Part shown: positions 47,934-57,717 of the stretch, piece by piece
Layout: the number at the start of each line of letters is the position of its first letter
Position numbering within the stretch: position 1 is the first letter of the stretch
DNA from: an uncultured Gemmataceae bacterium
GTDB taxonomy: Bacteria > Planctomycetota > Planctomycetia > Gemmatales > Gemmataceae
Reading direction: 5' to 3'
DNA: 64,000 nt
NCBI GenBank assembly: GCA_963750165.1
Contig: CAVVPN010000003.1
Span: forward strand, 3,104,001-3,168,000
The notes under the pieces: model-generated
Database searches by the model: none
Seen by the model: the letters and a program-made list of their open reading frames with translations, nothing else
Told to the model about the DNA's origin: nothing
Translations under genes and position numbers: made by a program

Positions 47934-50146
47934 TCACCCTGCCGCGGCGGTGTCCAGCGGCCACAGGACCGCCGTGCCGTCGCCCATGCCGGACGCCAGC
48001 TGCCGGCCGTCCGCCGAAAACGCCAGACAGCCGACGTAGCGCGGGAACGGCGGCGCCGCCCACACCTCGCGCCCGGACAGCACATCGAAGACGCGGACCG
48101 TCTCCGGGCCGGGTTCCTCCTCGTCGCCGAGGTAGTAACTCCGCGCCGCCAGCAAACGCCCGGCGACGGTCCACATCAGTGCGCACCGGCCAGTGAACTC
48201 CTCGGGGTCATGCGTCGGCGGCAACGAAAACACCAGCGGCAGCGTCGGGCCCTGAACCGGCCCGACACACACGTCGCCGTGCTCGGTGAGCAGGGCGAGG
48301 TTGCGTCCGTCGGGCGCGAACGCCAGCCGGCCCCAGGGCCACAAATCGTAGTTGGAATATTTTTTGCCAGCGACGGCCGGGATCAGCAGCCGGTGGTGCC
48401 CCGCCCCCGACAGATCCCAGACGTGGAGCGCGGTATCGCTCCCCACGGCGGCAGCGAACCGCCCGTCCGCGGACGCCACCACCTGCTTGACCATTCCCTG
48501 GAAACCGCTCGCCAGCCGGTCCCGGCGGCCGTCGCGCAGGTCCAGGACGTACAGCCCCTCCTGCTTCGTCCCCACGAGCAGGGATTCGCCGTCGGGCAGC
48601 CACGCCAGGGCGGTCACGTTCCGCTCCTCGAAGCTACGGGCCTCCCCCGTCCGCCAGTCCCAGGTGAGCACGTCGCCTTGCGGTTCATTTCGGAACCAGG
48701 GCCGGCGCGCGCAGGCGCCGCCGCGGCCGTCCGGCGCCAGCGCCAGCGTCTCCGACCGCAATTTGTCCTGTCCCTCAATGTGTTGCAGGAACTCGCCCCG
48801 CGCTCCCCAGAGCATGACCTCGTCGGCGGTCGCCGTGGCCACCCGGCCGTCGGGGGTGAAGGCCACGGCCCGCACGTCGCTGGTGGAGTGCCGCTCCGGC
48901 GGCGAGACGTCCGTCATGCTGGCCATGTCCCACAGGCGGAAGCGGCCCTGGCTGTCCGTCACGACCCAGCGCAGGTCCGCCGAGATCGTCGGGTGGCTGA
49001 AGCGCCCGTGCCAGTGGGGGCCGACCGGGATGCGCCGCACCTCCTGGCCGCTGACCAGGTCCATCAGCCTGAGATGATCTTTGCCGCCCACCAGCGCGTT
49101 ACGGCCGTCCCCGGCCAGGGCGAGGGGGATGGCGTCGCGGAAGCCGGCCGCATGGATCCGTTCGGCCGACCGCACCCCGGCCTGCACGTCCCACAGCCAG
49201 AGTTCGCCGTCCTCCGCGCCAGCGACGAGGCGTCCGTCGGCGAGAAAGGCGACGGTGAACACCCCGAACGCATGGCCGCCCAGCCGCGCCACCTCGCGGC
49301 CCGTGGCGAGCTCCCAGCACCAAACCCGGCCGCGGGAGTCGAACACGTGATGTTTGCCTTCGAGCCACGTCTGATTCCCGGCGGGCATGGATTTGCGCGT
49401 ACAGAGGGTCAGCAGTTGCGCCAGCATATCCCTGGCCTCGGGGGCGTCCGCTTCCAGGAGAATCTGCTCGGTGGCCCCGACCGCCAGCAGCCGGCCGTCG
49501 GCGGAGAACGCGACGCAGTTGAACAGGTCGGATCGCTGCGGGATCAGGTGGTCCGGCCAGAGCGGGAGTGGGCCGGCCTCGAACCGTGCCACCTCCGCGC
49601 CGGTCGCGACCTCCCACACCAGGGCCACGCCGTGGTGCATCCGCGCCCGGCGAGCAGCCGGCCGTCGGGGGAGAACGCCAGGCCGGCCGCCCCGAACCGG
49701 GGCTCGCCGAGAGCGCGGACCAGGGCGCCGCTGTGCGGGTCCCAGAGCTGGAGTGCCTCGGCCGTGGCCGTGGCTAGCAACCGGCCATCGGGGGAAAAGG
49801 CAATCTCCGCACTGGGGCCTACGAAGCCCACGCGCCAGCGGCGGAGCAGGTTGCCGCCGGGCACCTCCCACAAACTGATCGACTCGTCATCCTTGCCCAG
49901 GGCCGCCAGCAGCGTGCCGTCCGGCGAGAAGGCCAGATTGCTGACGCCCTCGTTGCCGCACTCGGCGTGGTGCCAGAAACGGGTGTTGCCGAACCGCACG
50001 GCGGCGCCGGGCGGCAGGGCGTCTTGCGGGTGCAGCGGGAGCGGCACGGCCGGGGTGGCTGCCGCGGCCACGTTGGTTTCGCCCGTCAGGCCGACCGCGG
50101 TCGCCGCGCCGGCCAGGACGGCCTGGTGAAATTGTCGCCGGTCCAT
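47934..50146 (-). CDS. Tat-exported WD40-repeat protein; frameshift at 49646-49648
   Basis: MDRRQFHQAVLAG twin-Arg signal; DALPPGAAVRFGNTRFWH; FSPDG/FSADG repeats. One added G gives RLLAGARMHHGVALVWE. Confidence 0.75.
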
Positions 50147-50159
50147 CGCGCTCCCCGTT

Positions 50160-51421
50160 TCAATCGTAAAGGTACACGTGAACCACTTCCCCCGGAGCAT
50201 ACCCCTCCGACTCCACCGGCACCAGCACGAAACCGTCCGCCCGCGTTGTGGACGACAGCAGCGACGCCCCACTGACGGCCAGCGGCTCCACCGCCTCCGC
50301 GGTGTTGACCTGCACCCGCACATAATCGACACGGCCCACCATCGACGCAATCTTGCGCCCAGCGGCAGGTCGCGGGACCGGTAGGGCAGTTCCGGCGTCC
50401 GCCCGCCGAGCCGCCGCACCGCCCGGCCGGCGAACAGGTCGTACGCACACAGGCACGACACCGGATTGCCCGGCAGCAGCAACACCGGTCGCCCCTGCAG
50501 GAAGCCCAGGCCCGTCGGACTCGCCGGCCGCAGCGCGACACCGTGGACCGCCAGTTCGCCCAGTTCCGCCAGCACGCGCGGCGCGTGGTCCTCCACGCCC
50601 ACCGAGGAGCCGCCCGAGAGCAGCACCACGTCCGCTGTCGCCGCCATCAGGGCCGCCCGCACCACCTCGGCCCGGTCGCGCAGCAGCTGCACCGGCTGCG
50701 GCACGCCGCCGTCGCGGCGCACCAGGGCGTCGAGCATGACCGAATTGCTATCGACGATGTGAAACCCCTGCGACCGGGAGCCGCACGGCAGCAGTTCGTC
50801 GCCGGTGACCAGCAGCGCCACCGTCGGCCGCCGCACCACCGACACCGGACTGGCCCCCAGCGACGCCAGCACGCCCACGTCCTGCGGCCGCAGCACCCGT
50901 CCGGCCCGCAGCACCACTGTGCCCGGCTCGATGTCCTCGCCGACCCGTCCCACATGACGACCCGGCGGCACCGGCTCGCGCACCGCCACGCGCCGACCGC
51001 CGTCCCGCTCCGCGCACGCCTCGGCCTGCACCACCGCGTCCGCCGCGGCCGGGACCGGTGCGCCGGTCATCACGCGCACCGCCTGCCCCGGGCCGACCGA
51101 CCCGCTGAAGGGCCGCGCCGGCAGCGCCTCGCCGATGACCTGGAACTCCAGCGGGTTATAGGCGTCAGCGCCAAACGTCTCCTCGCCGCGCAGGGCGTAG
51201 CCGTCCATGGCGGCGCGGGCGAACGCCGGCACCGCCACCGCCGCCGTCACAGCTGCCGCCAGCACGCGGCCCGCGGCACCCGGCAGCTCCACCGCCTCCG
51301 CGGCCAGTGACCGCAAACGCTGGTCAAGCAGCTGCACCACAGCTGCGACTTCAGTGCGCTGCTGGAAGCCGCGCATGCGCACGTCGGGCCGGCCGGCCGA
51401 TGGCTGCGCTGGTTGATCCAT
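50160..51421 (-). CDS. moeA: Molybdopterin molybdotransferase; frameshift at 50358-50360
   Basis: GRVLA, RAAMDGYA, VMTGAPVP, TGDEL, DSNS, SGGSSVG..DH, LPGNPVS. One added G gives LGRKIASMVGRVDY...RADG. Confidence 0.9.
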
Positions 51422-51733
51422 GACGCCCCCTCGCCCCTCAAGGTCCGCGCGACTGTCGCTGCCGGCTCATCTTACAGGTCGTGCAAAACTGCCTCAAGCT
51501 GCCCGTCCGCTACAACCGAGCGCCGGCCGTGGTTTTGACGCTCCGAACGGCCCTGGGTGGCGTTGATTCGCGCGCCGCGCCGCCCTAACGTGTAGTAAGT
51601 TTGCGGTGCCAGGGCGTTGCTGGCCAACCGCGGCGGCGCCGCCACCCTGCCCGGCCGGCGCCTCGAGTATCAACTCCGGGCGGATCGGCGGCCGCCCAAC
51701 CGGCGCCGGTCGCCGTGAGAGAGGAGTGTCCCC

Positions 51734-51963
51734 ATGAGAATCCACCTTCTGCTGGCGGGGCTGGCCCTGGCGATCCCCCTGCTGGCAACGGGCTGCGGCA
51801 CCACTTGCGGTCATTGCGGCGCCCGTCCCGCGGTGTCCAATGCGGTGCCGATTGTCCCAGCCCCGGCCCCGTGCTGTGGAGGAGCCCCCGGCCCGCTCGC
51901 CCCCGCGCCGCTCAGCCGTCCTACAGCATCCCCGTGTACCCGAGCAACGGCTATCGGCCGTGA
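51734..51963 (+). CDS. Small Cys/Pro-rich lipoprotein; probable frameshift near 51900-51909
   Basis: GAGGAG RBS; lipobox LLATGC; CGHC and PCC. One added C continues AQPSYSIPVYPSNGYRP to a stop at 51963, followed by a hairpin at 51982-52015. Confidence 0.55.
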
Positions 51964-52038
51964 CCGGATGATAACCCCCTGGCCCCGGCGGGCGGCAGGC
52001 GCTGCCCGCCGGGGCTTCTCCCCAACTGGAACTCGTGC

Positions 52039-52458
52039 ATGAAGCCCTTTTTCCGTCTCGCCCTTCCCTGCCTGAGCCTGGCCCTGCTGCTGCCGGTCGC
52101 CTCGGCCCGTGCCGACGTGATCCGCTATCGCTATGTCCCCGGGGACGACAAGGGCAACACCGTGCTGGCGCCCATCGGCCCCGGCGGCGCGGTCGGCCTG
52201 CGCACCTCCTATTTCGGTGGCAGCCCGCAGCCCTGCCCCAATGCCAAGCGGCCCACTTGCATGGTGACGGTCGTCCACCCCTGCACCGGTCGCACGCTGA
52301 TCGTGCCGCTGACGCTGCCCGAGGACACGCCGCGCATGCAGCACCGGGGCACTACGATCATCTACAACTACGGCTCCTACGCGGTGCTGATCGTCTTCTT
52401 GCAGGACGGGTCCGTGGAAGTGCTCTACAACAGTGGGACGTTCCGCCCGGTGTGGTGA
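52039..52458 (+). CDS. Secreted hypothetical protein
   Basis: Signal peptide ending ASARA; beta-rich body (HPCTG...YNYGSY...DGSVEVLYN); coding-like codon bias. Confidence 0.7.
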   Translation: MKPFFRLALPCLSLALLLPVASARADVIRYRYVPGDDKGNTVLAPIGPGGAVGLRTSYFGGSPQPCPNAKRPTCMVTVVHPCTGRTLIVPLTLPEDTPRMQHRGTTIIYNYGSYAVLIVFLQDGSVEVLYNSGTFRPVW

Positions 52459-52496
52459 ACTGGCCTCATACGGAATCGCCATGAATTTCGCGGTTG

Positions 52497-52547
52497 GTCC
52501 GAGCCCGAGCGCCAGCGCGGGGCCAGCGCTGGCGCTCGGGCTCGGAC
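52497..52547. repeat. REP palindrome (family B), second copy
   Basis: GTCCGAGCCCGAGCGCCAGCGC...GCGCTGGCGCTCGGGCTCGGAC. Confidence 0.8.
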
Positions 52548-52576
52548 TCGAAACAAGGATTATGAACCAGGACTGG

Positions 52577-53262
52577 TCACAACCCTGTGCCCAAATCCCT
52601 GCATGAAGAAGCGTTGCGCGAGCTTGTCGATGTCTCCTCCCCGCCGCGCTCGTACACCGCCCGGTAGATCGGCCGCCCCTCCAGCTGATATTTGCGCTCG
52701 AAATTGGTGAGCGCTTCCGGTTCACCCTCCGCCGGTACCGGCAGCGGCACCGCCGTGAACGCCAGCTGTCCCGCCACCAACTTCTGCATGACGCCGAAAT
52801 ACTCCTCCACGTCCGTGGCGATGTGTAGATGCCCGCCGGGCCGCACCACGCGCGCCGCCTGCCCGGCAAACTCCGCCGTGAACACGCGCCGCTTCTTGTG
52901 CCGGTTCTTCCACCACGGGTCCGGGAAGTAGATGTGCAGCGCCGCAGCGCCGCCGTCGGCACCGCGTCGCGCAGGAACACGCGGGCGTCGCCGCACACCA
53001 GCTTGACGTTCGTGAGGTTGCGCCGGGCCAGGCGCGTGGCCGTGAAGAGTTGATACTTGCGTTCGATCTCGATGCCGAGGTACTGCACGTTTGGGTGGTG
53101 CTCGGCTGCGGTGATCAGGAACAGGCCCTTGCCGAAGCCGACCTCCAGCTCCACCGGCCGGCCGCCGCATAGCGCTGCCCAGTCGAACTGCCGTTCCGCG
53201 GCCGGCATTTCCAGCAACCACGGCTGCAACTGTTCCAGCGGCAAACGGGCCCCGCGGCGCAC
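52577..53262 (-). CDS. trmB: tRNA (guanine-N7)-methyltransferase; frameshift near 52945
   Basis: ELEVGFGKG, LGIEI, GDA, then HIYFPDPWWKNRHKKRR, IATD, TNFERKY in the adjacent frame. Confidence 0.9.
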
Positions 53263-53266
53263 GGCG

Positions 53267-53758
53267 TCAGCTCTCCTGCCGGGTCAGCGGCACGCCAATC
53301 ACGTCGGCGTGAAAGACCATCGTGCTGCCGACGAAACCCTGGACATTGCAGATCGTCTGCCGCCGGTTGATGCGCACGCCCTTGCCGATCAGCAGCAGCC
53401 GGTCGCCGATGCGCACCGGGGCGCGGAAACGCACATCCTCCAGGCCGCCGAAGCCGCAAAAGTCGCCGCCCATGATCTTGTTCAACGTGATGTAATAGCC
53501 GCACAGCTGCGCCGCCGCCTCGCACATCAGCACGCCCGGGAACAGCGGGTAGTCGGGCATGTGGCCGCGCACCCAGAACTCGTCGCCCTTGATGTCCTTG
53601 TAGCCGGCCACGAGATGGTTGACGGGGTCCATGAGAACCACCGCCGTCAACTGCTCCATCTCGAAGCGCTGCGGGTTGACCTGGCGAATCGCCTCCTGGT
53701 CGGCCAGGACGCGCGTCCAGTCAATGCCGGTGGGATCGACATGTAATTCGGGTGGCAT
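53267..53758 (-). CDS. fabZ: 3-hydroxyacyl-ACP dehydratase (FabZ/FabA-like hotdog fold)
   Basis: EFWVRGHMP..PLFPGVLMCEAAAQL, VRFRAPVRIGD; NPQRFEM in place of the canonical LPHRYPF. Confidence 0.75.
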   Translation of the reverse strand: MPPELHVDPTGIDWTRVLADQEAIRQVNPQRFEMEQLTAVVLMDPVNHLVAGYKDIKGDEFWVRGHMPDYPLFPGVLMCEAAAQLCGYYITLNKIMGGDFCGFGGLEDVRFRAPVRIGDRLLLIGKGVRINRRQTICNVQGFVGSTMVFHADVIGVPLTRQES

Positions 53759-53766
53759 GATGGCTC

Positions 53767-54723
53767 CTACGGGCCGGGCACCACCTCGGTGATCTGGCCC
53801 AGTTCGGTCAGCAGCATGTCCGGCCGCGTCGCCGGGTCGCGCAGCTGCTCGGCGGTCGCTTGCAGCGAGCCGCGGTCGCCGGCGAACAGGGCGGTGCGCA
53901 ACCCCAGCCTGCGGGCTGGCCCCACGTCCTGCGCCAGGCGCGAACCGACGTGCAGCACCTGCCCCGGCTCGATGCCGCCCTGCGCCAGCGCCGTCAGCAG
54001 CTGGCGGTATAGCCGTTCGGAGGGTTTTTTGGCCCGCTCCTGAAACGACCAGACGCACAGCTCCTCATTAAAGAGTGTATCGACCCGCACGCCACTGTCC
54101 TGCCGGGTCAGGCAGCGCCGCAGTTGCACGGGGGAGAAACACTGGCCGTCCGCCAGGATGCCCAGGGTCACGCCGCGGTCGCGCAGCTCCCCCAGGGCCG
54201 CCGCGGCGCCGTCGTAGGCGGCGACGCCCTGCAAGCTGCTGTGGAAGAAATACGCGACCTTCCGGCTGTACTCGTTCAGCGAGCCGTAATAGCCGGCGTC
54301 GAATTGGTACTCCTTCTGGAGCAATTTTTTGAGGATGTTTTCCCAGACCCGCTCGGCGAGGAGTTCGGGGGTTTTCTCGCCGGGCGATGGCGCCAGGCGC
54401 TGCTCGTCCAGGGCCTTCTGGTACAGCTGGGCCAGGTACTCGGCGGGCTGGCCGGGCTTGCGCGACATCGAGCCCCACATCTTGAACTCTTGCACGGCGC
54501 GGTCGAGGGCCACGTCCATGAGCATTTTTTGCGGATGCGTGAACAGCAGTTCGCCACCGCTGATGTTGAGCAGGGTGCCGTACACGCTCCAGGTGACGAC
54601 GCGCACTTCCGGCAGCGGCATCAGATGCGGCCGGGCTTTGGGCCGCTCCACCGTGGGCGGCGCGGGCCAGGTCACATCGCGGCTGTCGAGGTGGGCGGCG
54701 TACTGTTCCAGTGTGAGGGCCAT
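53767..54723 (-). CDS. HAD-superfamily hydrolase-like protein lacking the motif-I Asp
   Basis: VVTWSVYGTLL, KKPS..LY, LHVGSRLAQDV.PARRLGLRTALFAGD. Confidence 0.75.
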   Translation of the reverse strand: MALTLEQYAAHLDSRDVTWPAPPTVERPKARPHLMPLPEVRVVTWSVYGTLLNISGGELLFTHPQKMLMDVALDRAVQEFKMWGSMSRKPGQPAEYLAQLYQKALDEQRLAPSPGEKTPELLAERVWENILKKLLQKEYQFDAGYYGSLNEYSRKVAYFFHSSLQGVAAYDGAAAALGELRDRGVTLGILADGQCFSPVQLRRCLTRQDSGVRVDTLFNEELCVWSFQERAKKPSERLYRQLLTALAQGGIEPGQVLHVGSRLAQDVGPARRLGLRTALFAGDRGSLQATAEQLRDPATRPDMLLTELGQITEVVPGP

Positions 54724-54770
54724 AGACGAACCTTCTGGGGGCACGCCGGCGCAGTGACCGGCCGCAGTTC

Positions 54771-54798
54771 AGGCTAACATAGAGGGCGGGGGTGTCAA
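54771..54798 (-). promoter_or_regulatory. Putative sigma70-type promoter for HAD-fabZ-trmB
   Basis: Minus strand TTGACA-N16-TAGCCT with extended TGn. Confidence 0.45.
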
Positions 54799-54859
54799 GA
54801 GCGGGGCCGGCGGCCGCGGGGAACTTGCCGGGGCGAGCGCGGCCGCTAACAATAACCTC

Positions 54860-54915
54860 GTAGCGGAAGTCGCCAGACTTCCGAGCGCCAACGGAAGTCT
54901 GGCGACTTCCGCTAC
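54860..54915. repeat. GTAG-type REP doublet (family A), second copy
   Basis: GTAGCGGAAGTCGCCAGACTTCCG...CGGAAGTCTGGCGACTTCCGCTAC. Confidence 0.8.
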
Positions 54916-54958
54916 CTCCAGCTCATCAACCCCTTTTTCGCCCCTGTGAGTCCGCTTC

Positions 54959-55882
54959 ATGTCCATCGAGCCCGCCGCCAGTAACGGCCAGCCGGAGCGC
55001 GGCCTACCGCCCGTCCGGCCGCCGTCGGGGCGCTTCATCGTGCAGCTGTTCGTGGTGCCCGGCCTGATCGTCGCCGTCGCGGTGCTGATCCTGTGGGGCT
55101 TCAGCTGGCTCGCCGGCGGCACCGCCAGCCGCGAAAAATTCCTGGAGGGCCTGCGGAACCCCAACGCCGATGTCCGCTGGCGCACCGCCCACGAACTCGC
55201 CCAGGTGCTGCTGCGCGACCGCAAGGAGCCCGAGCCCAAACTGGCCACCGATGTCGGTTTCGCGCTGGAGTTGACCGACCTGCTCGACTCCGCGCTGACG
55301 AACGAGGCCGACCTGCTGGAGCGCCTGAAGAAGCTGTCGAAGAACGAGGCGGACAACGCCGGCGCCATCGCCAAGGCGAAAAAGGAACTCAGCGAGGAGC
55401 GCAAGCTCAGCGACTTTTTGTGCCAGTGTCTGGCGAACTTCGACATTCCGGTCGGGGCGCCGGTGCTGTGTCGGGTGGCGGTCAGCGAGGAGGGCGGTGA
55501 CGCGAAGGACGTGGCGCTGCGGCGGCAGCAGGCGGTCTGGAGTCTGGCCAACCTGGGCGAGAACATCAAGGCGTTTCCCAAACTGTCCGCCGCCCAGCGC
55601 GAGCGGATTCTGGCCGACCTGGACCGTGAGGCGAAGGGCGCCGGCCGGCGGGCGGAGTGGGCCCGCGAAACCCTGGCGTTCCTGAACAAGCAGGGCACGC
55701 TGAACGTGGACCGGGCACTGGCCCAATGTGCCCGCTCGGACGACCAGAACCTACGAAAACTGGTGGCGCTGGCGCTGAACTTCTGGGACGGGCCAGAGGT
55801 GGAGCCGACGCTGCTGCTGCTGGCGCACGACCGCGGCCAGGGCGTGACCGTCACCGACGCCGAGGCGGAACCGAAGAGGTGA
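54959..55882 (+). CDS. Single-TM HEAT-repeat protein
   Basis: LPPVRPPSGRFIVQLFVVP + TM; ADVRWRTAHELA, LRRQQAVWSLANL, LRKLVALAL HEAT-like units. Confidence 0.7.
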   Translation: MSIEPAASNGQPERGLPPVRPPSGRFIVQLFVVPGLIVAVAVLILWGFSWLAGGTASREKFLEGLRNPNADVRWRTAHELAQVLLRDRKEPEPKLATDVGFALELTDLLDSALTNEADLLERLKKLSKNEADNAGAIAKAKKELSEERKLSDFLCQCLANFDIPVGAPVLCRVAVSEEGGDAKDVALRRQQAVWSLANLGENIKAFPKLSAAQRERILADLDREAKGAGRRAEWARETLAFLNKQGTLNVDRALAQCARSDDQNLRKLVALALNFWDGPEVEPTLLLLAHDRGQGVTVTDAEAEPKR

Positions 55883-55885
55883 ATC

Positions 55886-56395
55886 ATGTCGGATGGGAAT
55901 GCGGCGCTGCGGACGCGCGGCCTGCTGCTGTTCGGGCTGATCGCGGTGATCGCCGCGGTGGTGCTGCTGGTGCTGCTACGGCTGCCCAGCCAGGCGACGC
56001 CGCAGGCGCCGCCCGAGGGTGTTGCGCCGAGCGCCCCGGGCTGGGAAATCCGCTACCAGGCGACGGTCGCGCTGGCCCGCCGCGGCAGTGACAAGGTGCC
56101 GCTGGATACGCTGCGCGAAATGCTCGACGAACGCAAGCAGCTGCGGAACTGCGTCACGAAATTGCAGAGCGGTGAGGAAGTGTCCAACGAGGCGGCTGCC
56201 CGGACCAACGTCATCAGCGCTCTGAAGGCGATTGTGGAGTGGAACAAGACAGACGGCGCCGCCCGGGAGCGCAAGGAGCAGCCGGAAGAGGTCGAGAAGC
56301 TGTACGAGGCCATCGACAAGTTGCGGGAGTCGCCGAACGCGCCGCTGCGGGCGGAGGCCGAAAAGGCCCGCGAGGTGCTGGGGCGAAAAACCTAG
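55886..56395 (+). CDS. Single-TM short HEAT-like protein
   Basis: TM; EIRYQATVALARRG, LRAEAEKA; 3 bp after the previous gene. Confidence 0.65.
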   Translation: MSDGNAALRTRGLLLFGLIAVIAAVVLLVLLRLPSQATPQAPPEGVAPSAPGWEIRYQATVALARRGSDKVPLDTLREMLDERKQLRNCVTKLQSGEEVSNEAAARTNVISALKAIVEWNKTDGAARERKEQPEEVEKLYEAIDKLRESPNAPLRAEAEKAREVLGRKT

Positions 56396-56607
56396 CGCGG
56401 TTCACGCACGGTTTAGCGCACAAGTGGCGGCGGGCACGGGCTGACCTCCAGCGGCCTGCGCTGCCACAGCAAGGACGCCAAGAACGCCAAGAACGCCAAC
56501 TTTATCACACGTCGAGATTCGAGCCTGGGAGCGGCTCGCGCAGTTTGCAGGACGGTTCGGGAGCACTGGCCTGCCGTTCGTGGGCCACACCACTGCGAAC
56601 CGCGCTA
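56393..56607. mobile_element. Apparently complete MITE-like element (211 bp between TA dinucleotides)
   Basis: Ends TAGCGCGGTTCAC (56393) and GCGAACCGCGCTA (56595-56607) form a 13-bp IR with one mismatch. Internal (AAGRACGCC)x3-AACTTTATCACACGTCGAGA core is shared with 19382, 19492 and 36900. Confidence 0.7.
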
Positions 56608-56612
56608 AAGCG

Positions 56613-57674
56613 TCAATTCTCCTTGACGATTTTCTTGATGAGCATGACTTCCCGGGCGTCGAAGGGCGTGCCGTCGGCCCGGAAAATGTCGTGAAACCAC
56701 ACCTTCGGCTCCGGCGAACCCGACTTCGAGCCCCACGGATAAATCGTGTTGGTTTTGCCGCTGACCAGGCCCCAGTTGATGGCGCCGACCTTCGCCGCCT
56801 TGAGGACCGGCAGGCAGTTCTCGAACTTGCTGTTCTGCGTGCGGGCCATGTACTCGGTGCAGATCAACGGCCTGCCGTACTTGCGCAGACCGTCGATCTT
56901 CGCCTTGAGCCTGGCGGGGTTGTCGTAACTGTGGAAGGTGATGACATCGGACGCCGCGAACTGTGCCGCGTTCAGCTTCGCGTTGTCGAACCAGACGCCG
57001 ACGCTGAGCGGCTGACTGGGGTTGACCGTCCGCGCCCAGCGGAAGACCGCGTGGAGCAGCGGCAACGATTTTTCGCCGAGTTTGGTGTTGCCCGGCTCGT
57101 TGTACAGGTCCCACAGCAGCACGCGCGGATCGTCCTTGAAGGCGGTCAGCACGCCCTTGACGTATTTCTCCAGGCGCGGCCACGTCTTGGGGTCAGTGAC
57201 GCACTTCGGGCCGGGGGACATGACCCAGCCGGAGTTGTGGACGCCGGGCTTCGGGGCCGGCTGCTTGCCGAGCTTGCACTCCTCGTTCCAGCAGTCGTCG
57301 AACAGCACGAACATCGTCCTGATCTTGTGCTTGTCGGCGATGGTTAAATATTCCTTGATGCGTTTGGCGAAGCCCTCCGCGTCCTGCTCCCAGAGCAGGT
57401 CGTGCAGGAAGACGCGCATGGTGTTGAAGCCGAGGTCCGCCGCCCAGCCCAGTTCGCGGTCGATGGTCTTCGGGTCGAAGGTGTCGGCCTGCCACATCTC
57501 CAGCTGGTTGATGGCGGTGCTCGGGATGAAGTTGCTGCCGACGATCCACGACTGCTTGTCGTACCACGCCTTGGCCTTTTCGGCGGGCCAACGTTCGCCG
57601 GCCTGGGCCAGCACCTGGGCCGGCAGCAGTAACAGCAGGGCGAGCGAGCAGGTCAGGGTGGAGAGACGGCGCAT
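56613..57674 (-). CDS. Secreted clan GH-A glycoside hydrolase (GH5-like, mannanase/xylanase type)
   Basis: INQLEMWQ, GFNTMRVFLH, WDLYNEP (acid/base), ITFHSY, ICTEYMAR (nucleophile), INWGLVSGKT. Confidence 0.88.
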   Translation of the reverse strand: MRRLSTLTCSLALLLLLPAQVLAQAGERWPAEKAKAWYDKQSWIVGSNFIPSTAINQLEMWQADTFDPKTIDRELGWAADLGFNTMRVFLHDLLWEQDAEGFAKRIKEYLTIADKHKIRTMFVLFDDCWNEECKLGKQPAPKPGVHNSGWVMSPGPKCVTDPKTWPRLEKYVKGVLTAFKDDPRVLLWDLYNEPGNTKLGEKSLPLLHAVFRWARTVNPSQPLSVGVWFDNAKLNAAQFAASDVITFHSYDNPARLKAKIDGLRKYGRPLICTEYMARTQNSKFENCLPVLKAAKVGAINWGLVSGKTNTIYPWGSKSGSPEPKVWFHDIFRADGTPFDAREVMLIKKIVKEN

Positions 57675-57717
57675 GGGTGCGACTCCAGGATGGGGTGACG
57701 GTTGCTTCAACGGATGA

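Noticed and set aside
49544..51421. Apparent MoeA-WD40 fusion (625-aa ORF)
   Set aside because: Artifact of the frameshift at 50358; the MoeA C-terminus is in another frame, and the WD40 gene has its own RBS, ATG and Tat signal.
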